The notes under the pieces: model-generated
The model's input: only the letters and a program-made list of their open reading frames with translations
Told to the model about the DNA's origin: nothing
Database searches by the model: none
Made by a program: the position numbers and the translations under genes
From: Patescibacteria group bacterium
GTDB taxonomy: Bacteria; Patescibacteriota; Minisyncoccia; Moranbacterales; JAKLHP01
Direction: 5' to 3'
Assembly (NCBI GenBank): GCA_043803385.1
Contig: JAZDKA010000041.1
Coordinates: 19,799 to 83,798, forward strand
DNA length: 64,000 nucleotides
In this document: one piece after another, positions 1-8,771 of the stretch
Layout of the letters: every line of letters starts with the position of its first letter
Numbering within the stretch: the stretch's first letter is position 1

Positions 1-1231
1 GCAGCATGAAAAAGAAGCGCTTATTATTGCTAACGCCGGACAAAAAGGTTCAGTAACAATCGCAACCAATATGGCTGGCCGGGGAACCGATATTAAGCTC
101 GGAGAAGGCGTAAAAGGGCTTGAGGGGCTGTATATAATCGGTACAGAGCGCCATGAGGCCAGGCGCATTGATAATCAGCTTCGAGGACGCTCCGGACGAC
201 AGGGAGATCCGGGAGTTTCAGAATTTTATGTTTCTCTGGAAGACGAACTGATGCGAAGATTCGGCGGAGACAAAATGAAAAATATGATGGACAAGCTTGG
301 CCTTCCAGAAGACCAGCCGATTCAAAATGCTATTATTTCAAAAACGATCGAAAATGCCCAGAACAAAATAGAAGGATACAATTTTGATATCCGGAAGCAT
401 GTCTTGGATTATGATGACGTAATGAACAAGCAAAGGGAAGTTGTCTACAAAAAACGGAAAGAAATTTTGGAATCAAAAAATTTGAAAAGCGAAATCAACA
501 ATGATATTTCGGAAGAAATAGAAAGAATAGTTTCTTTTCACACGGCCGGAGATGAGTTTGATTGGAATTTTGATGATTTATTTTCCGAAGTTAATAATAT
601 TTTCCTAATTAGCGGAGATAATAAAAAACAAATCGAGCTGATAAAAAATGACAAATCAAAAAATGATATAGAGAAAAAGGGAATGCTTCATGATTACCTG
701 ATGGATTTGGCAAAAACTGCTTATGGCCAGAAGGAAAAGGAAATTGGCGAAGAAAATATGCGCCAGGTAGAAAAGATGATTACCCTTCAAACGATTGACA
801 CGCTTTGGATGAATCATTTGGAAGAAATCGATTATCTTCGGGAAGGAATCGGGCTTCGCGGATATGGGCAGAGAGACCCGCTAATTGAATACAAGCGCGA
901 AGCTTTCGATTTATTTTCCCACTTAATGGACAATGTCCGCTCAACTATTGTCCGCACGATTTTCCGGATTCAGGCCACTCCATTATCACAGGCTCAAATG
1001 GAAGATAATAAGAACCTGCAGTTCAAAGGCGCAGATGAAGGAGTGGGACAATTCTCCGCCTTCGCCGGAGCTTCGGCGGACAAGGGCGCCGCCAAACAAA
1101 TGCAATCTTCCGGCGGAGAAAAAAGCGAAGAAGTTAAGCAAAAACCGATAATCAATGCCAACAAAATCGGCCGAAATGACCCTTGCCCATGCGGAAGCGG
1201 GAAAAAATATAAAAAATGTTGCGGGAAATAA
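1..1231 (+). CDS. secA: Preprotein translocase SecA, C-terminal part (5' end lies outside the window)
   Basis: Frame-2 translation from nt 2 gives ...[17 protein letters not shown]...[15 protein letters not shown]... ending in the SEC-C zinc motif [15 protein letters not shown]. No start codon is present, so the gene is truncated by the window edge. Confidence 0.9.
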   Translation, partial: QHEKEALIIANAGQKGSVTIATNMAGRGTDIKLGEGVKGLEGLYIIGTERHEARRIDNQLRGRSGRQGDPGVSEFYVSLEDELMRRFGGDKMKNMMDKLGLPEDQPIQNAIISKTIENAQNKIEGYNFDIRKHVLDYDDVMNKQREVVYKKRKEILESKNLKSEINNDISEEIERIVSFHTAGDEFDWNFDDLFSEVNNIFLISGDNKKQIELIKNDKSKNDIEKKGMLHDYLMDLAKTAYGQKEKEIGEENMRQVEKMITLQTIDTLWMNHLEEIDYLREGIGLRGYGQRDPLIEYKREAFDLFSHLMDNVRSTIVRTIFRIQATPLSQAQMEDNKNLQFKGADEGVGQFSAFAGASADKGAAKQMQSSGGEKSEEVKQKPIINANKIGRNDPCPCGSGKKYKKCCGK

Positions 1232-1240
1232 GAATATCAA

Positions 1241-1720
1241 ATGGTTAAAATAGTAAAAAATAGTAAGATGAAAGCAAAAAACAATTTTGTTAAAATTAAG
1301 AAAGCCGGTAAAAAGGGTATTGGATTATTTGCGGGAAAAAATTTCAAAAAAGGAGAAGCCGTATATTCTTTTCCAAGAGGCAAGATAATAAAGAAATCAG
1401 AAATAAAGAAATTAATTTCGAAGGAGAAAAAATATCTGGATTACTATAGGAAAGGCGAGTATGAAATCATGGAGCCACCGGCGCGATGTGTTAATCATTC
1501 ATGTGATCCCAATATTATCGAAAGAAATCGAATTGCCTATACTATAAAACCGATAAAAAAAGGAGATGAAATTACAATTGATTATCGTCCAATTGGCTAC
1601 AGGGAAAAACCATTTAAGTGTTATTGCGGGTCAAAAAAATGCGTGAAACTTATCATGGGCAATGATAATTTATGCTATTGTGAAAGCGGGAAAAAATACG
1701 AAAAATGTTGTGGAAAATAA
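1241..1720 (+). CDS. SET-domain protein (putative lysine methyltransferase) with post-SET Cys cluster and C-terminal SEC-C zinc motif
   Basis: Carries NHSCDPN and EITIDY SET motifs, a CYCGSKKC post-SET cluster, and a C-terminus CYCESGKKYEKCCGK nearly identical to the SecA tail. It starts 10 nt after the secA stop. Confidence 0.7.
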   Translation: MVKIVKNSKMKAKNNFVKIKKAGKKGIGLFAGKNFKKGEAVYSFPRGKIIKKSEIKKLISKEKKYLDYYRKGEYEIMEPPARCVNHSCDPNIIERNRIAYTIKPIKKGDEITIDYRPIGYREKPFKCYCGSKKCVKLIMGNDNLCYCESGKKYEKCCGK

Positions 1721-1726
1721 TTGTAA

Positions 1727-1850
1727 ATTAATTGCTACTACACAACTACATATAGTAGTAATAAAAAAATATTATACACATTACTCCGACTGCAGGAATG
1801 TGTATAAAAATTATATAACACTTAACTCCGATCGGACGTAAGTGTTATAT
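1727..1850 (+). repeat. Family H structured intergenic element (three hairpins), copy 1
   Basis: ~120-nt element repeated at 3576-3700. It contains hairpins tactac/gtagta, tatacacatt-N14-aatgtgtata and tataacactta...taagtgttata with an inner ccgatcgg palindrome. Confidence 0.7.
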
Positions 1851-2441
1851 AGCAAAAATATGACGGAAGTTGTTGTTTTAATTGATGGATATTTCAAGAA
1901 TTTATCGAAAACGAGATGTATTGCTGGACCAACCATTACCTTGATAAAGGATGAAGAAAGGAATATCTTAGTTGACACTGGCAATCCCAAAGATAAGGAA
2001 AAAATATTGAAAGCTTTGGCGAAGCATAATTTAGAACCTAAGGATATTGACATTGTAATTAATACCCATTTTCACCCGGATCATACGGGGTGCAATTATC
2101 TATTCAATAAATCTCGTTTTTTGACTCATGGGGTAGCTTTTTGGAATGATATTTTCGATCGGAGCAAAAAACTTCAGGAAATATCAAATAATGTGAAAAT
2201 AATTCCAACACCGGGACATTCTGAAGGCAGCATCACTATTTTAGTGAAAAAGGACAAAAAAATAATTGCAATAGTTGGCGATTTATTTTGGTCAGAGAAA
2301 GATGTTAAGATAGGATTATTGAAAGAAGATTGTACTGATAAAAAACTATTTGGCAAAAATCGTAATAAAATTTTGAAAATAGCAGAGTGGATCATTCCGG
2401 GTCATGGAAAAATGTTTAAAGTGAAAAAATATATAACATAA
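1842..2441 (+). CDS. Metallo-beta-lactamase fold hydrolase
   Basis: Has the HFHPDHTG (HxHxDH) zinc motif and a later TPGHSEGS motif. Length 199 aa. Confidence 0.75.
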   Translation: MLYSKNMTEVVVLIDGYFKNLSKTRCIAGPTITLIKDEERNILVDTGNPKDKEKILKALAKHNLEPKDIDIVINTHFHPDHTGCNYLFNKSRFLTHGVAFWNDIFDRSKKLQEISNNVKIIPTPGHSEGSITILVKKDKKIIAIVGDLFWSEKDVKIGLLKEDCTDKKLFGKNRNKILKIAEWIIPGHGKMFKVKKYIT

Positions 2442-2463
2442 TTCGTCGGTCGACAGAAAAATT

Positions 2464-3552
2464 ATGAAACAATTAAAGAAAATTGAATATAAAAAAATAA
2501 ATAGCCCGTCATTTTTTATTGGTAAGGGAAATAATGATTTGATTTCATTTGGTTCGGGGCAGCCCGATTTGCCGCCACCGCCAGAGATTTTTCACATTCT
2601 GCCAAATTACCGTGATTTCAAATATGGTTTAGTTCAAGGACAGGAAAATTTGCGCCAGGCATTAGCGAAGCAGTATGAAGATGCCAGCGCCGAAAGCTTT
2701 GTAATTACAAATGGTGCATCCGAGGCGCTAGATTTGGTTTTGCGGGCTTTATATGAACCGGGTGCAAAAATTCTTTTGCCTCGGCCTTATTATTATTCCT
2801 ATCCCCACAATGTCCAGCTGGCATTTATGAAACCAGTTTATTATAATTTGGTGCGGGGAAAAATTGATTTTGAAAATTTTTCTAAGCAAATTCAAGGTTG
2901 CCGAGCTGTTTTAATCAATTCTCCGGCCAATCCGACCGGCAGCATCCAGGATCTGGATGTCTTGAAAAAGATTGAAAAATTGGCGCACGACCTCAGCATT
3001 TACATAATTTCTGACGAGGTTTATAAAGACCTTATTTATGAGCGGGAAAATTATCTGTTCAAAGGCAAGAAAATAATCACTCTTAATTCTTTTTCCAAAA
3101 CCTTTGCTATGTGCGGTTTCAGGGTAGGCTATGTATACGCGCGGGAAAAATGGATTATTGAAAAAATTGTGGAGATGAAAACGCATACTTCCATGAACAC
3201 TAATATTTTAGGGCAGGAAATGGCTTTTGAAGCCATAAAAGTGCCGCGAAGTTATGTTGATGCGCAGGTCAAAACTTGGAAGGAGAGGCGAGATTTGATT
3301 TATCACGGCTTGCTGGATTTGGGGCTGGATTTATGGAAACCCGAAGGTGCTTTTTATGTTTTTCCCAGATTCAAAAATCCAAATAAAGTTGTAAATGATT
3401 TATACTATAAGTATAAGATGATTACTTACGACGGGACTTGGTTTGGCGATCCGGCCAGAGTCCGCTTTTCCTATGCACTGGATATTGAAAAAATTCAGGA
3501 GGGATTAAGAAGATTAAAAAAATATCTAAGCAAAGAATACAAAGAAAATTAA
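2464..3552 (+). CDS. PLP-dependent aminotransferase class I/II (aspartate aminotransferase family)
   Basis: Has NSPANPTG and the SFSKTFAMCGFRVGY lysine-region motif typical of fold-type I aminotransferases. Confidence 0.8.
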   Translation: MKQLKKIEYKKINSPSFFIGKGNNDLISFGSGQPDLPPPPEIFHILPNYRDFKYGLVQGQENLRQALAKQYEDASAESFVITNGASEALDLVLRALYEPGAKILLPRPYYYSYPHNVQLAFMKPVYYNLVRGKIDFENFSKQIQGCRAVLINSPANPTGSIQDLDVLKKIEKLAHDLSIYIISDEVYKDLIYERENYLFKGKKIITLNSFSKTFAMCGFRVGYVYAREKWIIEKIVEMKTHTSMNTNILGQEMAFEAIKVPRSYVDAQVKTWKERRDLIYHGLLDLGLDLWKPEGAFYVFPRFKNPNKVVNDLYYKYKMITYDGTWFGDPARVRFSYALDIEKIQEGLRRLKKYLSKEYKEN

Positions 3553-3575
3553 AAAATATTGCAGGAAATACCGGA

Positions 3576-3700
3576 AATTAATTGCTACTACACAATTACA
3601 TATAGTAGTAATAAAAAACATTCTACACATTACTCCGACTGCAGGATTGTGTAGAAAAATTCTACAACACTTAACTCCGGCCGGACGTAAGTGTTATATA
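3576..3700 (+). repeat. Family H structured intergenic element, copy 2
   Basis: Same three-hairpin architecture as 1727-1850. Stem substitutions are compensatory (tata..tata -> tcta..taga; ccgatcgg -> ccggccgg). Confidence 0.7.
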
Positions 3701-3721
3701 AAAATATTTAAAATGTAATTT

Positions 3722-4555
3722 ATGGCAAATAAAGCTAAAAGAAAATATTCGATTGGAGTTTTTGATTCAGGTTTTGGCGGGCTTCAGATTTTGAAACATA
3801 TTGTCAAGGAGCTTCCTGAATATAATTATATTTATCTCGGAGATACAGCCAGAATTCCATATGGAAGCCGATCTCAAGAAAGTATCCTTAATTTTGCCAC
3901 TCAAGCTGTGGATTTTCTTTTCAAAAAAGATTGCAAGCTAATAATTTTCGCCTGTAATACTGTCTCGGCAAAGGCTCTTCGTAAAATTCAGAGGGAATAT
4001 TTACCGAGACATTATCCTGATAGAAAAGTTTTGGGAGTAATTATTCCAGCCGTTGAGGAAGTGACCAGCAAGGGCCACAACGCAATCGGGATTATTGCTA
4101 CGCAAGGCAGCGTTTCTTCCAATGCATTTGTCGAAGAAATAAAGAAAATTAATCCCAATGCTAAAGTTTTTCAACAAGCTTGTCCGCTGCTGGTTCCAAT
4201 TGTGGAAGCAGGCGAGGAAAAATCAAAAGCAACAGGCATAATACTTGAAAAATATCTCAAGTCATTGCTCAAAAATAACATAGATGCTTTGATTTTGGGC
4301 TGCACGCATTACGGTTTTTTAGAGAATAAAATTAAAAAAATAATAGGAAAAAACATTGAAGTTATTAGCGAGGGGAAAATAGCAGCTAAGAAATTAAGAG
4401 AATATTTGTTAAAACATCCTGAAATAGAAAAAGCACTTGGTCAAAGTTCAAAAATAAATTTTTTTACAACTGATTTAACTGAAGAGTTTGAAATTATGGG
4501 AAGCAAATTTTTTGGCAAAAAAATTGTTCCACAGAAAGCAAAAATAGATAAATAA
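3722..4555 (+). CDS. murI: Glutamate racemase
   Basis: Has VFDSGFGGL, FACNTVSA and LGCTHY catalytic-cysteine motifs. Length 277 aa. Confidence 0.85.
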   Translation: MANKAKRKYSIGVFDSGFGGLQILKHIVKELPEYNYIYLGDTARIPYGSRSQESILNFATQAVDFLFKKDCKLIIFACNTVSAKALRKIQREYLPRHYPDRKVLGVIIPAVEEVTSKGHNAIGIIATQGSVSSNAFVEEIKKINPNAKVFQQACPLLVPIVEAGEEKSKATGIILEKYLKSLLKNNIDALILGCTHYGFLENKIKKIIGKNIEVISEGKIAAKKLREYLLKHPEIEKALGQSSKINFFTTDLTEEFEIMGSKFFGKKIVPQKAKIDK

Positions 4556-4629
4556 AAAATTATGTCTTGGAAAAAAATTTCTTCAAAGCAAATTTATAAA
4601 AATAATCAAAATATTTTGAATTTATTAAA

Positions 4630-4836
4630 ATGAAACTAGGAATTTATCAGCATTATAAGGGAAAGTTTTATAAAGTTATTGGTGTAGCAACCCATAGTGA
4701 AACTTTGGAAAAGCTAGTAATTTATCAAGCGATGTATGGAAAGAAAAAACTATGGGTAAGACCGCTAGGTATGTTTATGGAAAAAATAAAAATAAACGGA
4801 AAATTAGAAAAAAGATTTAAATATATTAAAAAATAA
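4630..4836 (+). CDS. DUF1653 family small protein
   Basis: A 68-aa protein with the YQHYKG...LVIYQAMYG...LWVRP pattern typical of DUF1653. Confidence 0.55.
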   Translation: MKLGIYQHYKGKFYKVIGVATHSETLEKLVIYQAMYGKKKLWVRPLGMFMEKIKINGKLEKRFKYIKK

Positions 4837-4841
4837 AAAGG

Positions 4842-4868
4842 ATCAGATTTTAACCTGATCCTGTGGCT
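4842..4868 (-). terminator. Rho-independent terminator for the 4850-5287 gene
   Basis: ggatcag/ctgatcc stem followed, on the minus strand, by a T-run (aaaaataaaaa on the plus strand). Confidence 0.5.
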
Positions 4869-5287
4869 ATAGATCCGAAAAATTTCGTGTAATAATCTCC
4901 ATATAGCCGTATAATGTTTTCGTCTAAGCCCAATCCCTTTCCATATTTCATAAAATCTTCTAATGAAGGAAAGTGGCTGAGATCAAGTTCCGAAAGAACA
5001 ACGGAGAACTCTACAAAACAATTTTGGCAGCTTCTGTATGTTCTCTTGAGTTCTGACTCAAAATTCTCGTGCCGATACTCGTAATCTATCGGCGATCTCT
5101 CCAGCGAATAAATTTCCGCTCCGTTTTTTATGAACCAGACCCTTTTCCAAAAACACATACCAGTTCTCCAGATTTCAATGGAAACTCCATGCCAGTTGCA
5201 ATCGTATAATTTTTGGGGAGTATCAGCTGCAAGCTTATTTGTTTCCTCTAAAGTTTTATGCATTTCTTCTATGACTCTGATATCCAT
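4850..5287 (-). CDS. Hypothetical protein, foreign-looking (strong SD, higher GC)
   Basis: A 145-aa ORF preceded by GAGGAGGTAAAA-ATG, whereas neighbouring genes lack SD. No recognisable domain. Confidence 0.5.
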   Translation of the reverse strand: MDIRVIEEMHKTLEETNKLAADTPQKLYDCNWHGVSIEIWRTGMCFWKRVWFIKNGAEIYSLERSPIDYEYRHENFESELKRTYRSCQNCFVEFSVVLSELDLSHFPSLEDFMKYGKGLGLDENIIRLYGDYYTKFFGSIATGSG

Positions 5288-5561
5288 TTTTACCTCCTCG
5301 AAATATTATATAATGAGTTTAACCTGAATAATTAATTGCTGTCAAGAAAGCTACAAAACTAAAAATAATTATTTTGATAACTTATAGAAATGAAAAAGAT
5401 TCAGACGCTTTGCATTGTTCATTTTGAATGCCATTATTTTTAAAAAATAAAAAGTTTAAAGGAAAATTTATTTTTGAAGGGATGAATAAAATTATTGATT
5501 ATAGTTTAAAAGAAATATAAAAAATACTTAATACAAAATACTTTATACTAGATACTAGTCT

Positions 5562-6017
5562 ATGATCGCATTTGAAAAATCAGTCGGAGCGGTGATTTTT
5601 AGGAGAGAAAATAATAAAATTTATTATCTCCTGCTTAAATATAGGAACGGTCATTGGGATTTTCCAAAAGGGCACGTAGAAAATGATGAAGTAGAGGAAG
5701 AAACAATGGCAAGAGAAGTCAAGGAAGAAACGGGAATTAATGATTTAAAAATAATTCCTGGATTTTCTGAAAAAATTCGTTTTTTTTATAGAGCTAAAGG
5801 TAATGAACGCGAAAGAAGAAAAGCAGAGAATAGAAAAACTATGATAACAAAAAGGGTCATATTTTATTTGGCCGAAACTTTTCAAAAAGAAATAAAATTG
5901 TCTATTGAGCAAACGGATTATATCTGGCTTGAATTCGATAAAGCTCTGGATAAAATTACCTACGAAAAACCCAAAAAAGTCCTTAAAAAAGCCAATAAAT
6001 TTCTTGAAAAATCTTAA
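5562..6017 (+). CDS. Nudix hydrolase
   Basis: Nudix box GHWDFPKGHVENDEVEEETMAREVKEETGI (GX5EX7REUXEEXGU). Confidence 0.8.
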   Translation: MIAFEKSVGAVIFRRENNKIYYLLLKYRNGHWDFPKGHVENDEVEEETMAREVKEETGINDLKIIPGFSEKIRFFYRAKGNERERRKAENRKTMITKRVIFYLAETFQKEIKLSIEQTDYIWLEFDKALDKITYEKPKKVLKKANKFLEKS

Positions 6018-6126
6018 AAATGGCTATTTTGACCTTAAGCTGATTTTAAGGTATTATTAACAGCATACAAATACAAAAATAAAATAGGGGTTTTTATAAA
6101 CCGTAATACGCTAGGTTAGTTTTTTT

Positions 6127-7209
6127 ATGTTTAAAAAATTTGAAAATTTTTCTAAAATGATAGGAGGATTATTCGGTAAAGTTTCCCAGGATATCGGAAT
6201 CGATCTTGGAACAGCCAACACTTTGGTATACGTTAAAGGAAAAGGGATTATGATCAATGAACCTTCTGTTGTAGCCGTTAACAAAAAAACCGGACAAATT
6301 TTAGCTATCGGGAAAGATGCCAAAAGAATGGTTGGAAAAACCCCGAGTCATATTGTGGCAACCAGGCCATTAGTTGACGGGGTAGTGAGCGACTTTGAAA
6401 TTACTGAACAAATGCTCCGCCATTTTATTAATAAAGTCGGAAAGCAATCCTTTTCTCTTATTCCTCGCCCAAGAGTGCTCATTGGAATTCCTTCAGGAAT
6501 AACAGAAGTCGAAAAGAAAGCAGTTGTTGATGCCGCAACCAATGCGGGAGCAAGAGAAGCTTTTCTTATTGATGAACCGATGGCGGCGGCAATTGGAGCG
6601 CGCCTTCCAGTAACGGAAGCAGCGGGGAATATGGTGGTAGATATCGGCGGAGGAACTTCAGAAATCGCGGTAATATCTCTGGGCGGAGTGGTAGTTTCAA
6701 GAAGTTTGCGTGTAGCCGGAGATGAAATGAATGAAGATATCGTGAGATATTGCCGGGACGAATTCAATCTGCTGATTGGAGAGAAAACAGCTGAGGATGT
6801 AAAAATAGCCATCGGAAGCGCTTATCCGATGAAAGAAAGCATGACTCTTCCTGTTCGAGGAAGAGATCTTATCAGCGGGCTTCCAAAAGAAGTTATCGCC
6901 AATGACGAGCAAATCAGGCAGGCATTATCAAGGTCAATCAGGATCATTGTTAATAATATCAAATCGGTAGTAGAAGATACTCCGCCGGAACTTTTGGCCG
7001 ATGTGATGCAAAGGGGGATAATATTGGCCGGGGGTGGAAGTTTGATCCGCGGAATGGATAAATTAGTTGCCAACCAAACTGAGATGCCGGTTAGAATGAT
7101 GGAAGATCCTTTGACAGCCGTAGTTCGCGGAACTGGAATAGTGCTTGAAGATCTTGAAAATCTTAAGGACGTCTTGGTTGAAAGCGAATACGGAAAATCC
7201 CTTATTTAA
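6127..7209 (+). CDS. mreB: Rod shape-determining protein MreB
   Basis: Has GIDLGTANT, EPSVVA and DIGGGTSE actin-fold motifs. Length 360 aa. Confidence 0.9.
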   Translation: MFKKFENFSKMIGGLFGKVSQDIGIDLGTANTLVYVKGKGIMINEPSVVAVNKKTGQILAIGKDAKRMVGKTPSHIVATRPLVDGVVSDFEITEQMLRHFINKVGKQSFSLIPRPRVLIGIPSGITEVEKKAVVDAATNAGAREAFLIDEPMAAAIGARLPVTEAAGNMVVDIGGGTSEIAVISLGGVVVSRSLRVAGDEMNEDIVRYCRDEFNLLIGEKTAEDVKIAIGSAYPMKESMTLPVRGRDLISGLPKEVIANDEQIRQALSRSIRIIVNNIKSVVEDTPPELLADVMQRGIILAGGGSLIRGMDKLVANQTEMPVRMMEDPLTAVVRGTGIVLEDLENLKDVLVESEYGKSLI

Positions 7210-7302
7210 CTACGAATTACGAATTTTATACAAATATACGAATGTACTAATATTTTTTAATTCGTATATTGGTATATTTGTACTTGATTAGTAATTCGTA
7301 GT
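7210..7302 (+). repeat. Family A MITE-like palindromic element (ctacgaattac...gtaattcgtag)
   Basis: Terminal inverted repeats ctacgaattac/gtaattcgtag with a nested inner palindrome tacaaatatacgaat/attcgtatatttgta. A near-identical reverse-complement copy is at 31114-31206. Confidence 0.8.
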
Positions 7303-7308
7303 CTATTT

Positions 7309-8121
7309 ATGTCTTTTAACTTTTTTCAAACAAAACTTTTCAAGGTGATTGCCGTATCTTCAATAGCATTTTTTTTCATAATTATAAATCCCTACAAGAT
7401 TTTTAATCCAGTTCGCTCGGTATTTTTAGTGATTTTTTCTCCAATTCAGAAAGTAGCTTATGGGCTGTCTTTTGAAATTAAACAAGTCAAAAATTTTCTT
7501 TCTTCCATAGGCCAGCTAAAAAACGAAAATGAAAAGCTTATAAAAGAAAACAGGGAACTTTTGTCTTTGAAAATAAGCCTTGAAGAAGCAGGAAGGGAAA
7601 ATGAAATTTTGCGCCGGGAACTAAAACTGCTTCCAATGGATAAATTTAATCTTGAAGGAGCTTCACTGGTAGGGAAAGATCCTCATGGAAAAGGCGATTG
7701 GATTGAGATTGACAAAGGGGGAAAGGATGGAATTGGCGAGGAAATGCCGGTTGTTGTCGGTTCAGGAATTTTAATAGGGAAAGTAAGCGAAGTTTTTCCG
7801 ACGACTTCGAAAATCGTCCTGCTTAGCAATCCAGGGAGCGCCATAAATGCCGTAGATTCGAAAACCGGTTCCAAGGGAGTAGTTCGAGGAGAATATGGCC
7901 TGGGAATAATAATGGATATGGTTCTCCAAAGCGAAGCCTTGAATCAAGGCGATGATGTGATTACTTCCGGAATAGGCAAGGAATTTCCCAGAGGACTCCT
8001 GATAGGAAAAGTGTCCGCGGTAAATCCTTCAGAAGATAGGCTTTTTCAAAAAGCGATAATTTCTTCTCCAGTGGATTTTAATAACTTGCAGTTCGTTTTT
8101 GTCGTTAAAAAAGGCATTTGA
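7309..8121 (+). CDS. mreC: Rod shape-determining protein MreC
   Basis: N-terminal TM segment, a coiled-coil region (ENEKLIKENRELLSLK), and a C-terminal beta domain. It sits between mreB and mreD. Confidence 0.75.
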   Translation: MSFNFFQTKLFKVIAVSSIAFFFIIINPYKIFNPVRSVFLVIFSPIQKVAYGLSFEIKQVKNFLSSIGQLKNENEKLIKENRELLSLKISLEEAGRENEILRRELKLLPMDKFNLEGASLVGKDPHGKGDWIEIDKGGKDGIGEEMPVVVGSGILIGKVSEVFPTTSKIVLLSNPGSAINAVDSKTGSKGVVRGEYGLGIIMDMVLQSEALNQGDDVITSGIGKEFPRGLLIGKVSAVNPSEDRLFQKAIISSPVDFNNLQFVFVVKKGI

Positions 8122-8130
8122 TAAAAAATA

Positions 8131-8682
8131 TTGCGGATGAGAAAAAAATTATTCATTTTTTTGGTTATCTTTTTAGCGGTTATTTTTCAAATAAGCGTTT
8201 TTCCGCTTTTCTTTTCAAGGAACAATATTCCCGATTTAGCACTGATTATCCTTGTTTCTTCTGTTGCCGTTCTCGGGTTTCAGCAGGTTTTGGTCTGGGC
8301 GGTAATTTCCGGATTTATTTTTGATATTTTTTCTTTTAGCAGGATAGGCGTGAACATTTTTTCTTTTGTACTGTTTTCTTACGCCATAAGTTTTTTTTCC
8401 CGAAGGATGATTTTGGGAGAAAAATCAGGGGGAATCCTTATGGGAGCCATCTTTGTTTCTTTCATGACTTTTTTCTACAGGCTATGGGCCATCTTTAATG
8501 AGTTAGGCCTTAATTTCCAAGAAATTTGGAAAATGAAAACAGAATTTTTGGAAGGAATGGGATGGAAAATTATTTTTAATCTCATCTTGTTTTTCCTTTC
8601 AATTTTATTTTTAAAAAGAATAAGGAACAAAATTTCTCCTAAAAATAATATTTACCCCTACACCAAAATTCCACCGTTATGA
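8131..8682 (+). CDS. mreD: Rod shape-determining protein MreD (polytopic membrane protein)
   Basis: A 183-aa multi-TM protein directly downstream of mreC. Its last ~10 codons are supplied by repeat family C. Confidence 0.6.
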   Translation: MRMRKKLFIFLVIFLAVIFQISVFPLFFSRNNIPDLALIILVSSVAVLGFQQVLVWAVISGFIFDIFSFSRIGVNIFSFVLFSYAISFFSRRMILGEKSGGILMGAIFVSFMTFFYRLWAIFNELGLNFQEIWKMKTEFLEGMGWKIIFNLILFFLSILFLKRIRNKISPKNNIYPYTKIPPL

Positions 8683-8757
8683 ATGCGTGGATGAATAAAT
8701 AGATGACACTGAATGTATTAATCCGATATCATGGCATAAGCCATTGGTGTGGGGTTA
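8652..8757 (+). repeat. Family C palindromic element copy C1 (acccctacacc ... ggtgtggggtt)
   Basis: Inverted repeats flank ~80 nt. The element spans the mreD 3' end and the mreD-mrdA spacer. Confidence 0.7.
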
Positions 8758-8771
8758 AACTGGCAAAATAA

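Noticed and set aside
6348-6812. Long antisense ORFs inside mreB (6348-6812), gltX (19539-20399), pyrG (33196-33660), the PpiC gene (51944-52582) and others
   Set aside because: They lie wholly within well-supported genes on the opposite strand, have odd composition and no motifs. They are typical shadow ORFs.
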